Of a stretch of DNA of 38,456 nucleotides, positions 18,094 through 26,046 are shown in pieces. The translations under genes were made by a program, and so were the position numbers. The stretch covers positions 1-38,456 of the forward strand of contig JAGGYK010000104.1 of NCBI GenBank assembly GCA_021162585.1, written 5' to 3'. This DNA comes from Deltaproteobacteria bacterium. GTDB lineage: Bacteria; Desulfobacterota; Desulfomonilia; UBA1062. Numbering within the stretch: the first letter of the stretch is position 1; each line of letters begins with the position of its first letter. The notes below the pieces were generated by a model. That model saw nothing but the letters and a program-made list of their open reading frames with translations, searched no databases and was not told the origin of the DNA.

Positions 18094-18421
18094 ATCGTAA
18101 CTGCTCAGGTTATTAGCCTGAAGGATAGTAGACCTGCCCATGCTAACGACCTGGCTATTACCACTGGCCGTGAAATAAATACGGCATCCAATGCACATTA
18201 CGATACGGTAATGCAGGCAGGCTGAAGGATACTGATATCCCCTGGGCGGCAAAAGCCGTATTCGGAGAGTATTATACTTGAATGGCTATGCTATTATTGG
18301 GTTTTGTAAATCTTTTCCTTAAAAACCTTTACCTTGTTAAATCCTGCCGAAGGCAGGGCGACCAAAGGTCGCATGTAACAGGACCTTTAACCTATCCACT
18401 TGAGTAGTTACTGTAGATCTA
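18091..18421. repeat. MITE-like non-coding element bounded by inverted GTAACTRCYCARGT termini
   Basis: tagatcGTAACTGCTCAGGT lies at 18091-18110. The reverse complement of 18398-18421 is tagatctacaGTAACTACTCAAGT. The element fills the gap between the convergent sulfatase and maturase genes. It contains twin 6-bp hairpins at 18343-18372. Confidence 0.45.
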
Positions 18422-18432
18422 CCTTGTGACCT

Positions 18433-19668
18433 TTACCCAAATCTCTCCATAATATTAGCTGGAGAGCGATGATTGGAGAGTTCATTAGCCATAAACCCCA
18501 TGGCCTGGGATGTATGCTCAAAAAAGGCGCTGTACCCCTTGCAAAGATAGTTTAGTTCCTCTTTCCCATCTTTGGTAAAGATAAATCGATTCTTTGGGCA
18601 GCCACCAAAACACAGATGCAAATATTCACACTTCAGGCACTGCCTCGGCAGTCTATTCCATTTGTCTCTGCCAAATCGCAGCTGAGATGGCACTTGGGCC
18701 AGTTCGGCCAAATTCCTTTCTTTAATATTCCCAATCCTGTATTCTGGATAAACAAAATGGTCACAGGCATAGATATCCCCATTATGCTCTAAAACCAGTG
18801 CCCTTCCACAGGTTTTATTAAAGATACACAATGTTGGAGGATAGCCCATCCAATTTGCCAGTGTAGTATCAAAGATCTGCACAAAGACTCTACCCACATC
18901 ATATCTTACCCACTCATCAAAGATCTTATTGAGAAAGATTCCGTATCCCTCTGGGGTAGTACTCCAACTGGTCACCAGATCAGAATGTTTCTTTCCTTTA
19001 TTAATTACCCACTTTTTTGTATCCTTTAAAAAAGGGGCTTTTCTTTTAAAACCCTTTTCTTCCACCACAGGGATAAACTGGATAAAATCAAAATTTTTCT
19101 TTAGAAAACTATATACATGCAAGGGATCTTTTGAACTAATATCTGTGACACATACAAGGGCATTATGATCTACATTATATTTCCTGAGGTTTTCTACCCC
19201 ATCCATAACCCGATCAAAAGATCCTTTTTTTCTGCTATCTACCCTGTAATGGTCATGAATATCTTTTGGCCCATCAATGCTGACACCAACCAGAAAGTTG
19301 TTCTCCTTAAAAAATGCTGCCCACTTGTCATCTATTAAGATAGCATTGGTCTGAAACGCATTTGTAATCTCCTGACTTGGCTTTTTATATCTCTTTTGCA
19401 ACTCTACTGCTTGTCTGAAGAAATCCAGGCCAAGAAGGCTTGGCTCTCCTCCCTGCCAGACGAATTGGACAGGATATCCCTTGGGCTGGGATGAAATATA
19501 ATCCCGGACAAATATCTCTAAGGTCTCATAGTCCATTCGCCAGTTATGATCTTTCCCTAACTGATCTTTTTTGTAACGGTAAAAACAGTAGGCGCAATCA
19601 AGATTACAGACTGGGCCATAAGGCTTTGCCATTATTTGGAAGCTATTATTGGGGGTCAAATCTTTCAT
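18433..19668 (-). CDS. Anaerobic sulfatase-maturating enzyme (radical SAM with SPASM domain)
   Basis: CNLDCAYCFY radical-SAM cluster motif. GGEPSL. C-terminal Cys clusters CDHFVYPEY and CLKCEYLHLCFGGCPKNR. 411 aa. The start could instead be Met13 (19632). Confidence 0.88.
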   Translation of the reverse strand: MKDLTPNNSFQIMAKPYGPVCNLDCAYCFYRYKKDQLGKDHNWRMDYETLEIFVRDYISSQPKGYPVQFVWQGGEPSLLGLDFFRQAVELQKRYKKPSQEITNAFQTNAILIDDKWAAFFKENNFLVGVSIDGPKDIHDHYRVDSRKKGSFDRVMDGVENLRKYNVDHNALVCVTDISSKDPLHVYSFLKKNFDFIQFIPVVEEKGFKRKAPFLKDTKKWVINKGKKHSDLVTSWSTTPEGYGIFLNKIFDEWVRYDVGRVFVQIFDTTLANWMGYPPTLCIFNKTCGRALVLEHNGDIYACDHFVYPEYRIGNIKERNLAELAQVPSQLRFGRDKWNRLPRQCLKCEYLHLCFGGCPKNRFIFTKDGKEELNYLCKGYSAFFEHTSQAMGFMANELSNHRSPANIMERFG

Positions 19669-20695
19669 ATTGACAATTTATCCTCAATCTTTTGCATAAG
19701 TGCAGATAGGTTTTTATCTTTTGTAAGTTTTTCTTTTAATCTTTTTCTACTTTGGCTTACTGTGCTGTAATCCACACCCATTATTTCCCCGATCTCTGTG
19801 CCTTTGAGCCCACCCAGTCTGTATAATAACTCCATAGCTATCTGTCTTGTTGCGCCTTTTGCCCTAATGATTTTATCAAACTCCTTCCCAGTCTCCTCAC
19901 ATATGGCCTTTATTATTTTATCCTTTGCCTTGTAGCTTAATATTTTCTTTACAGATGGGATCTCCCGCGAATCTTTGGTTAGAAACCTTTCTTTTACCCA
20001 CTTTATAAATTTATCATTCCCAAGGATACTTTGACCTACAATCTCTTGTCTTATATCAACCCCTTTTGATAAATCACTGCAGATAGCCCTCCAGTATGCC
20101 TTCCTTCCCTTATTATTATCACCTCCATATGCCTCCAGTATCATCATGTAATCAATAAAAGAACATCTCTTTGCCTTATTTATATAACCCGGAAGACTAC
20201 TCCATTTATACCTCCTTAAATACCTCTCTTTTTCAGTTAAGGAGACCCTTTCCATCTTTTTTATCCGTACAGGATTGAGGTGAATGTATCTTGATACTAC
20301 TATTAGATAGTTTTCTTTATCCACAAGGATACTCTTATATCTTCCTTGATAAAGATGGCCTACCCTCTTGTGCCTCTTGTTATAGTAGGAGATATAGGTA
20401 ATATTAAACTGCCTCATAAATTCGCTAAGGTTGGCAAGGGGTGTCTCAAGAAGAAGATGAAAGTGATTTTCCATTAACACATAGCAATAAAGGCCTACAC
20501 TGTATGTCTTTAAGGAATCCCTTAATAAATCCAGAAATGTATCTCTATCCAGCTCATCTTTAAAGATTTCCTTCCCTTCATTGCCACGACAACTTACGTG
20601 GTATACTGCCCCTTCATATTGGATCCTTACCTGCCTTGCCATAAAAAAACTTAATCAAAAAGATTATTATTTGTCAATAATAAAGATTTGACCCC
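19652..20695 (-). mobile_element. RAYT cassette: transposase gene bracketed by a 25-nt inverted repeat (23/25 match)
   Basis: 19652-19676 reads GGGGTCAAATCTTTCATATTGACAA. The reverse complement of 20671-20695 reads GGGGTCAAATCTTTATTATTGACAA. Confidence 0.6.
19665..20642 (-). CDS. Y1 (HUH) transposase of the IS200-like/REP-associated (RAYT) type fused to a DnaA-domain-IV-like HTH
   Basis: HUH context ENHFHLLLETP. Catalytic-Tyr context RYIHLNPVR. The C-terminal ATRQIAMELLYRLGGLKGTEIGEIMGVDYSTVSQSRKRLKEKL resembles the DnaA C-terminal HTH. Its stop overlaps the maturase start (ATGA). Confidence 0.75.
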   Translation of the reverse strand: MARQVRIQYEGAVYHVSCRGNEGKEIFKDELDRDTFLDLLRDSLKTYSVGLYCYVLMENHFHLLLETPLANLSEFMRQFNITYISYYNKRHKRVGHLYQGRYKSILVDKENYLIVVSRYIHLNPVRIKKMERVSLTEKERYLRRYKWSSLPGYINKAKRCSFIDYMMILEAYGGDNNKGRKAYWRAICSDLSKGVDIRQEIVGQSILGNDKFIKWVKERFLTKDSREIPSVKKILSYKAKDKIIKAICEETGKEFDKIIRAKGATRQIAMELLYRLGGLKGTEIGEIMGVDYSTVSQSRKRLKEKLTKDKNLSALMQKIEDKLSI

Positions 20696-20701
20696 TTCGT
20701 T

Positions 20702-22066
20702 TTAAAATTTACGAGGCCCCCAGAATTTTAATATCTTGATAAGTGCTAAGGATAACACCAGGATGCCGACAAAGACCAAGGTTGTAAATCCAAGACTCCA
20801 ATTCCACAACACAGGGGCACTTACTAGAAGCATGCTACCTAGAATGATTGGTGAAGCGAACACAATCATCAGGCCTATCTCCAAAGCTACTGGGGTTCTA
20901 AACTCTGGATCTACTATCCTGAGTAGCAAAAGCCCACTTGATACTGTCCCTGTACAAGTCCCATATATAGCAACTGTTCTTTCAAGGTTATAAGCCCAAA
21001 TCCTCTTTCCAAGATACACCACCACAAATGTGGTTAAAACTCCACTTATAATAGCCATTGTTAAAATCGGAAGGATATATTTCCACACAATCACCACTTG
21101 TATGGCCATAATTGTAGACACAATCAAAAAATCCACAGCCCATCCAGTGACCCTTCGCTGGATACCTGGATCAATCAGGTGTCCTACTCCGATCTTCCCC
21201 ATCAGCCATCTTACGATGAGGGCTATAACCATTCCGAAGAAGAAGAAAAATCCCCATACCATAGCAGCCATTTCAGGCGAGAGAATTTGCCCTAGCAATC
21301 TTACCAAAGCATAGGTTAAAATGTAGACAACCCCTATTAGAGCTGTTTGGAAAGCAAGGGTCTCGACATTTCCAGAATGCATTGTCAACTCACCAGCCAC
21401 TTCCTTTTTCTGGTCTTTTGGGACTATGCCCACTAAAAAGTCTTGAGGCAGTTTCTTTGGGGCATGGACAGCAATACCTTTTCGAATCCCCCAGTTAGCA
21501 AGGGGCACACCAACAAAAAAGGCAAAGAGGAAACCAATCGTAGCAAATGTCAGACCTACCGTTGCGGCATGCATAAATCCAAATCCCTCCCAGATCTTAC
21601 CGATTGACAATGCCTGACCTGGTCCTTCTGTGAAGCCAAGCGGCACAAGGAAACCAAAGGTCGGAAATAGATGGAAACCAAAGGTATTGAATAGTACAAC
21701 CAATAAACCCCCCGTTATCGCTTGGAGGGGAAGTGTTACACCTTCTACAAGGGCCATCCAAACTGGGGCCTTAACAAATTCTTTAGTACCCCCTATAGAC
21801 TTTTCCTGGTCACCCCTGTATGTCAACCCCACTGAAATGAATGAGATGTTAAAGAAGTGATAGGCAAATGTCTCCAAAAGGGAAGATGATACATGGATAA
21901 CGCCAGTACTTATGAGTATTAAGCCCAGAATGCCCCCTATCAGACAACTTGGAAAGAGAAAACGCTGAAAAAAAGACACCTTGGCCCTTAGAAAAATTCC
22001 TATTAAAAGCATAATTGCCATACTGCCGAAAACGATAAATGGTTCAAAAGGGAAGGGAATCTCCAT
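20702..22066 (-). CDS. Polytopic permease, sodium/glutamate symporter (GltS/ESS family)-like, paralog 1
   Basis: 454 aa, at least 10 TM segments. The regions GFTEGPGQALSIGKIWEGFGF and IYGTCTGTVSSGLLLLRIVDPEF resemble the two reentrant-loop regions of GltS. The family call is tentative. Confidence 0.55.
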   Translation of the reverse strand: MEIPFPFEPFIVFGSMAIMLLIGIFLRAKVSFFQRFLFPSCLIGGILGLILISTGVIHVSSSLLETFAYHFFNISFISVGLTYRGDQEKSIGGTKEFVKAPVWMALVEGVTLPLQAITGGLLVVLFNTFGFHLFPTFGFLVPLGFTEGPGQALSIGKIWEGFGFMHAATVGLTFATIGFLFAFFVGVPLANWGIRKGIAVHAPKKLPQDFLVGIVPKDQKKEVAGELTMHSGNVETLAFQTALIGVVYILTYALVRLLGQILSPEMAAMVWGFFFFFGMVIALIVRWLMGKIGVGHLIDPGIQRRVTGWAVDFLIVSTIMAIQVVIVWKYILPILTMAIISGVLTTFVVVYLGKRIWAYNLERTVAIYGTCTGTVSSGLLLLRIVDPEFRTPVALEIGLMIVFASPIILGSMLLVSAPVLWNWSLGFTTLVFVGILVLSLALIKILKFWGPRKF

Positions 22067-22115
22067 TTTAATACCTCCTAAAATATTTTATTATTATCAT
22101 CGGCTCTAGGTGAAC

Positions 22116-22242
22116 TTATACCAAGCTGCGTTCAATCGAATACTTTGCAAATTTGTTCCGCCATGGCGGACGAGCGCACCGAATCCGACAAAGGCGGATA
22201 AGGCTGGGATTGCCACGTCGCTAAAGCTCCTTACAATGACAT
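22116..22242 (+). repeat. Intergenic repeat, module 2 (copy between the two permease paralogs)
   Basis: It shares ttataccaa...ttcaatc.a.tacttt... and an exact 24-mer gattgccacgtcgctaaagctcct (22208-22231) with 27817-27923. Confidence 0.7.
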
Positions 22243-22266
22243 GCTCAGTTACTTTTTACGATTGTA

Positions 22267-23631
22267 TCAAAACTTAGGAGCCCCCCATAATTTGAACAGC
22301 TTAATAAATGCTAGAAATAGCACCATCAAGCCGAAAAAAACCAAGACCGTTAACCCAACACTCCAGTCCCACCACACAGGGCCGTTTACCAGGACTGTGC
22401 CGCCTAAGATGATTGGCACGGCAAACAGGTTCATCAAGCCTATCTCAATAGTTGTCGGGCCCTTAAACTCCGGGTCTACTATCCTGAGTAATAAAAGTCC
22501 AGTAGATAATGTCCCGGTTACAGTCCCATAGATGGCAAGGAGCCTTTCGAGATTATAAGACCAAATCCTCCTTCCAAGATATAATACAACTAAAAGGGTT
22601 AAAATCCCGCTTGTAAGGCTGATTGCCAGGATCGGAAGGATGTATTTCCATACGATCACCACCTGTATGGCCATCACTGTAGACACGATCAGAAAATCCA
22701 CTGACCATCCAGTAATCCTTCGCTGGAGACCCGGGTCGATCAGATACCTTATCCCTATCTTCCCCATCAAGGACCTCACTATGATAGCTATAATCAATCC
22801 AAAAATGAAAAAGAATCCCCATGAGGTCGCAGCAAGGTCAGGGGGCAAAACTCCGGCTAACATCTTCACAAGGGCATAGGTTAAGAGATAAACAAGCCCT
22901 ATCAGCGCTGCTTGAAAGGCAAGTGTCTCCACATTCCCGGAGTGCATCGTCAATTCGCCGGCCGCCTCCTTTTTCTGGTCTTTCGGGATTATGCCCTTTA
23001 GGAAGTCGTGAGGCAGCTCCTTTGGGGCATGGGTAGAAAGGCCCTTTCTAATCCCCCAGTTGGCAAGGGGTACCCCAACGAAAATGGCAAAGATAAAGCC
23101 AATCGTGGCAAAGGTTAGACCTATTGTTGCTCCATGTGCAAAACCAAACCCCTCCCAGACCTTACCAAACGACAATGCCTGGCCTGGGCCTTCTTCAAAC
23201 CCAAGGGGCGTAAGGAAACCAAAGGTCGAGAAGAGATGAAGCCCAAAGATACTGAATAGTATGACAAATAGACCACCGATTACTGCCTGCAAAGAGAATG
23301 CCACACCCTCTATAAGCGCCATCCATAACGGTCCCTTGAGATATTCCTTGCCACCTCCAGAAGGTTTTTCTTTGTTATCGCTGTATGTCAGCCCCACTGA
23401 GATGAACGAGATGTTAAAGAAATGGTAGGCAAATGTTTCCAAAAGGGAGGATGATAAGTGGACAACGCCTGTACTTACAAGTATCAAGCCCAGTATCCCC
23501 CCTATAAGGCAACTTGGGACAAGAAAGTGCTGGAAGAAAACTACCTTGGCCCTCAAGATAATCCCGATTAAAAGCATAATCGCCAAACAACCAAAGATGA
23601 GCAAAGGCTCAAAAGGAAAAGGAATCTGCAT
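22267..23631 (-). CDS. Polytopic permease, GltS/ESS-like, paralog 2
   Basis: Also exactly 454 aa. 47 of the first 60 residues are identical to paralog 1, and it is collinear throughout. Confidence 0.55.
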   Translation of the reverse strand: MQIPFPFEPLLIFGCLAIMLLIGIILRAKVVFFQHFLVPSCLIGGILGLILVSTGVVHLSSSLLETFAYHFFNISFISVGLTYSDNKEKPSGGGKEYLKGPLWMALIEGVAFSLQAVIGGLFVILFSIFGLHLFSTFGFLTPLGFEEGPGQALSFGKVWEGFGFAHGATIGLTFATIGFIFAIFVGVPLANWGIRKGLSTHAPKELPHDFLKGIIPKDQKKEAAGELTMHSGNVETLAFQAALIGLVYLLTYALVKMLAGVLPPDLAATSWGFFFIFGLIIAIIVRSLMGKIGIRYLIDPGLQRRITGWSVDFLIVSTVMAIQVVIVWKYILPILAISLTSGILTLLVVLYLGRRIWSYNLERLLAIYGTVTGTLSTGLLLLRIVDPEFKGPTTIEIGLMNLFAVPIILGGTVLVNGPVWWDWSVGLTVLVFFGLMVLFLAFIKLFKLWGAPKF

Positions 23632-23795
23632 CTTAGAACCTCCTACAATATTTATTTTATTGCTGCCTTTGGGCAGCCATTATCTGACCAACCTTGACAG
23701 TATGGAACATGTATCGCGAAAACATAGAGAGCAGTTAATTTTCATCTGAAATAGCCTCCTACCTAACTTTGACCTTATTTCAGTAAGCTCAAATG

Positions 23796-24198
23796 TCAAA
23801 ATCCAAATGCCAAAATTATTTTAGGTCGAAGAATGGAGGAAAATATCAAAGTGAGCCTTTGATCACCCCATAATTTTCGACATTCATTTCTCTTATCTGG
23901 ATTTACCTTTACAATCATTCTAGACCAATGTTTGATTTCTTTAAACTTTTTTTTACAGATAGAAATTTTATGTTGAGAATCCTTCTTAGAATCTGCTTCC
24001 ATATTAGTTTGCCCCAATACTTGTTCCCGACCTTACTATCTGACTGATAAGTGGGTTGTTAATAGGATAGCTGGGAAGAGTTTTGACAAACTCGATGATT
24101 GCCTCACCAAATCGCACAGCCTGTTCTTCCAGATCATACTTCTTTTTGGCATTTGGATTTTGGGCTTGATTTGATATTTGAGCTTTGTCATTTGTCAT
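23796..24198 (-). pseudogene. Four-helix-bundle protein (23S rRNA intervening-sequence protein family) disrupted by a 1-nt insertion
   Basis: The ORF at 24004-24252 ends ...ISQIVRSGTSIGAN*. The ORF at 23796-24017 continues (N)MEADSKKDSQHKISICKKKFKEIKHWSRMI in the next frame. Deleting one A in AACTAATATG (about 24003-24006) restores GANYMEADSKKD, the family consensus. Confidence 0.75.
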
Positions 24199-24270
24199 TT
24201 TTGGTTTGATAACCCGAACCCCCTCTGACATTTTTATACCCATCTGTGCCAATTGGTCGGCATGTATGTT

Positions 24271-24651
24271 TCATTTCCTATCCAGAAATTCAATCAACTG
24301 AATACGGATACCATCAGGATCCTCGATAAATGCGATTTTCCTGTCTTCTCGTAGTTGGACAGGCTCAAGGATAAAGCGAACATCCTCTTTTCTTAACCTC
24401 GAAGCAAAGGCATTCAGGTCATCTACCTCCAAGGCCTGGTGACTAAGGCCATAGTGTTTATCAACATTAATAGATTGATCTCCAGGATTAGAGGCCTCGA
24501 TTTCGATTTTTATTATTCCATCAGTTATAAAGAAAAATTCGAGCCCTAAGACCTCTACAATCGGTACTTTTTTAAAACCGAGGATCCGTGTGTAGAAATC
24601 CAGTGATCGATTTATATCCTTTGCCTTAATCCCTACATGATGAATATGCAT
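24271..24651 (-). CDS. VOC-superfamily protein (glyoxalase I / methylmalonyl-CoA-epimerase-like)
   Basis: MHIHHVGIKAKDINRSLDFYTRILGF and a C-terminal FIEDPDGIRIQLIE. I prefer the ATG at 24651 (AAAGGTG SD) over the track start at 24678. Confidence 0.75.
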   Translation of the reverse strand: MHIHHVGIKAKDINRSLDFYTRILGFKKVPIVEVLGLEFFFITDGIIKIEIEASNPGDQSINVDKHYGLSHQALEVDDLNAFASRLRKEDVRFILEPVQLREDRKIAFIEDPDGIRIQLIEFLDRK

Positions 24652-24652
24652 C

Positions 24653-25900
24653 TCAATCACCTTTCTTGGCCATCTCATCTGCAGTAAGAGCGAAACATTG
24701 TCGTGTGACCTTCAATGTTTTTTCTATATCTTCTCTGGTGTGGGCAGCACAAATAAACCAGTTATGGTGAGGATGGAAAAAGATTCCCCGTTTTGCTGCC
24801 TCCCCACAAAAGAATCTATTAAGGGAGAAATCCGCATCTCCTTCAAACCACATAAAGGGGAGGGCAGGATGACCTGTATAGTGTATCCCCAACCCAAACT
24901 CCTTTGCCTGGGCCTCTATGCCTTGCTTTAACTTAATCCCCAGCTCATATATCTTTTCTATAACCTTATCTCGATCTATGATCTTCATGGTGGTGATAGC
25001 AGCAGCCATTGGCAGTGCTGCAAAAAAGTGTGTTCCTGAAAAATAAACCCCTTCGGCAGCAGGCTTAATACTGTTTTTACCCATAATAGCGGAGATGGGG
25101 TATCCATTGGCCATGGCCTTTCCAAAACATATAAGATCAGGGTGCGCACCCCAGTAACAGTGTGACCCATTGATGTGAATCCTGAAGCCACAGCGTATAT
25201 CATCCATGATAAAAAGTATCTTTTCTTTTTTGCAGATATCCTCTAGCTCCTTGTAAAATCCATGCTTTGGGAAGATCTGATCATGCATAGCTGGGTGATG
25301 ATACGGGGTCAACATAATACCTGCTATATCCCCTTTGTACTCATCTACCAGGGTCTTGAACTGCTCAATGTTGTTATACTCAAAGGAAAGGATATGCTGC
25401 CTGTATTCCTCAGGTATACCAGCAGGATCTGGAGAATTCCAGAAATGTGCGCCACTATATGCCTCATCTACAACTATTATCTTTTTCTTGCCCGTATAGT
25501 GACGTGCTATGGCTGTTGCATATGATGTAACATCTGATCCATTCTTGCCAAATGCCACCCAGTCCATCCCATCAATCAGATCCACCATAAAGCCTGCCAG
25601 CTCATTCCACCGATCAGTGGGGAGTGTAAAACAATTTCCCCTTTCCATCTGATCTATTGCAGCACTATCAACCTCTTGATTACATTGCCCCAAGATGTTT
25701 GTACCAAATGAACACATATAATCTATGTACTCATTGCCATCCACATCCCATACATGAGAACCCTTGCCTTTTTTAAAGAAACAGGGATATGAACCATAGG
25801 TCAAAAAGTGCGGGGTCCTTGGCCCATAGATACCATTTGGGACTAATTTTTGAGCCTGATCAAACATTTGATAGGATTTTTCAAAGGAATATGTCTTCAT
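24653..25900 (-). CDS. Class III PLP aminotransferase/aminomutase (glutamate-1-semialdehyde-aminomutase-like)
   Basis: GSHVWDVDGNEYIDY, MDDIRCGFR, and Lys context CFGKAMANGYP. I prefer the ATG at 25900 (AGGAGG 6 nt upstream) over 25927. Confidence 0.8.
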   Translation of the reverse strand: MKTYSFEKSYQMFDQAQKLVPNGIYGPRTPHFLTYGSYPCFFKKGKGSHVWDVDGNEYIDYMCSFGTNILGQCNQEVDSAAIDQMERGNCFTLPTDRWNELAGFMVDLIDGMDWVAFGKNGSDVTSYATAIARHYTGKKKIIVVDEAYSGAHFWNSPDPAGIPEEYRQHILSFEYNNIEQFKTLVDEYKGDIAGIMLTPYHHPAMHDQIFPKHGFYKELEDICKKEKILFIMDDIRCGFRIHINGSHCYWGAHPDLICFGKAMANGYPISAIMGKNSIKPAAEGVYFSGTHFFAALPMAAAITTMKIIDRDKVIEKIYELGIKLKQGIEAQAKEFGLGIHYTGHPALPFMWFEGDADFSLNRFFCGEAAKRGIFFHPHHNWFICAAHTREDIEKTLKVTRQCFALTADEMAKKGD

Positions 25901-25988
25901 CTCACACCTCCTTAAAATTTTTTCCAATATATGTCATTACCTTAATAGTCTTACCAGTTTTAATACGCCTTTTATACACAAAAGGTAG

Positions 25989-26046
25989 TTCATTCCCAAT
26001 AATACTGATCTTCATCAGGGGAGTACTATGTATATTCCGAATTCCA
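25989..26046 (+). repeat. Intergenic repeat, module 3 (copy 1)
   Basis: caggggagtactatgtatattccgaattcca compared with 38236-38264 caggggtactatgtgtattccaagttcca gives 26/29 matches plus a 2-nt indel. Weaker similarity extends about 30 nt upstream. Confidence 0.55.

Noticed and set aside
20736-20993. An antisense ORF conserved between the two permease paralogs (also at 22241-22531)
   Set aside because: The conservation follows automatically from the homology of the sense genes. The reading frame is the complement of membrane-helix codons, and no start or SD signals are present.
23662-23690. A possible sigma54 promoter (TGGC-N8-GGCA spacing on the reverse strand) upstream of permease paralog 2
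   Set aside because: Only the GG and GC dinucleotide spacing fits. The -12 element reads AGGCA rather than TTGCA. The sequence is also simply the hairpin GCTGCC-tttg-GGCAGC. No enhancer-binding protein gene is nearby.
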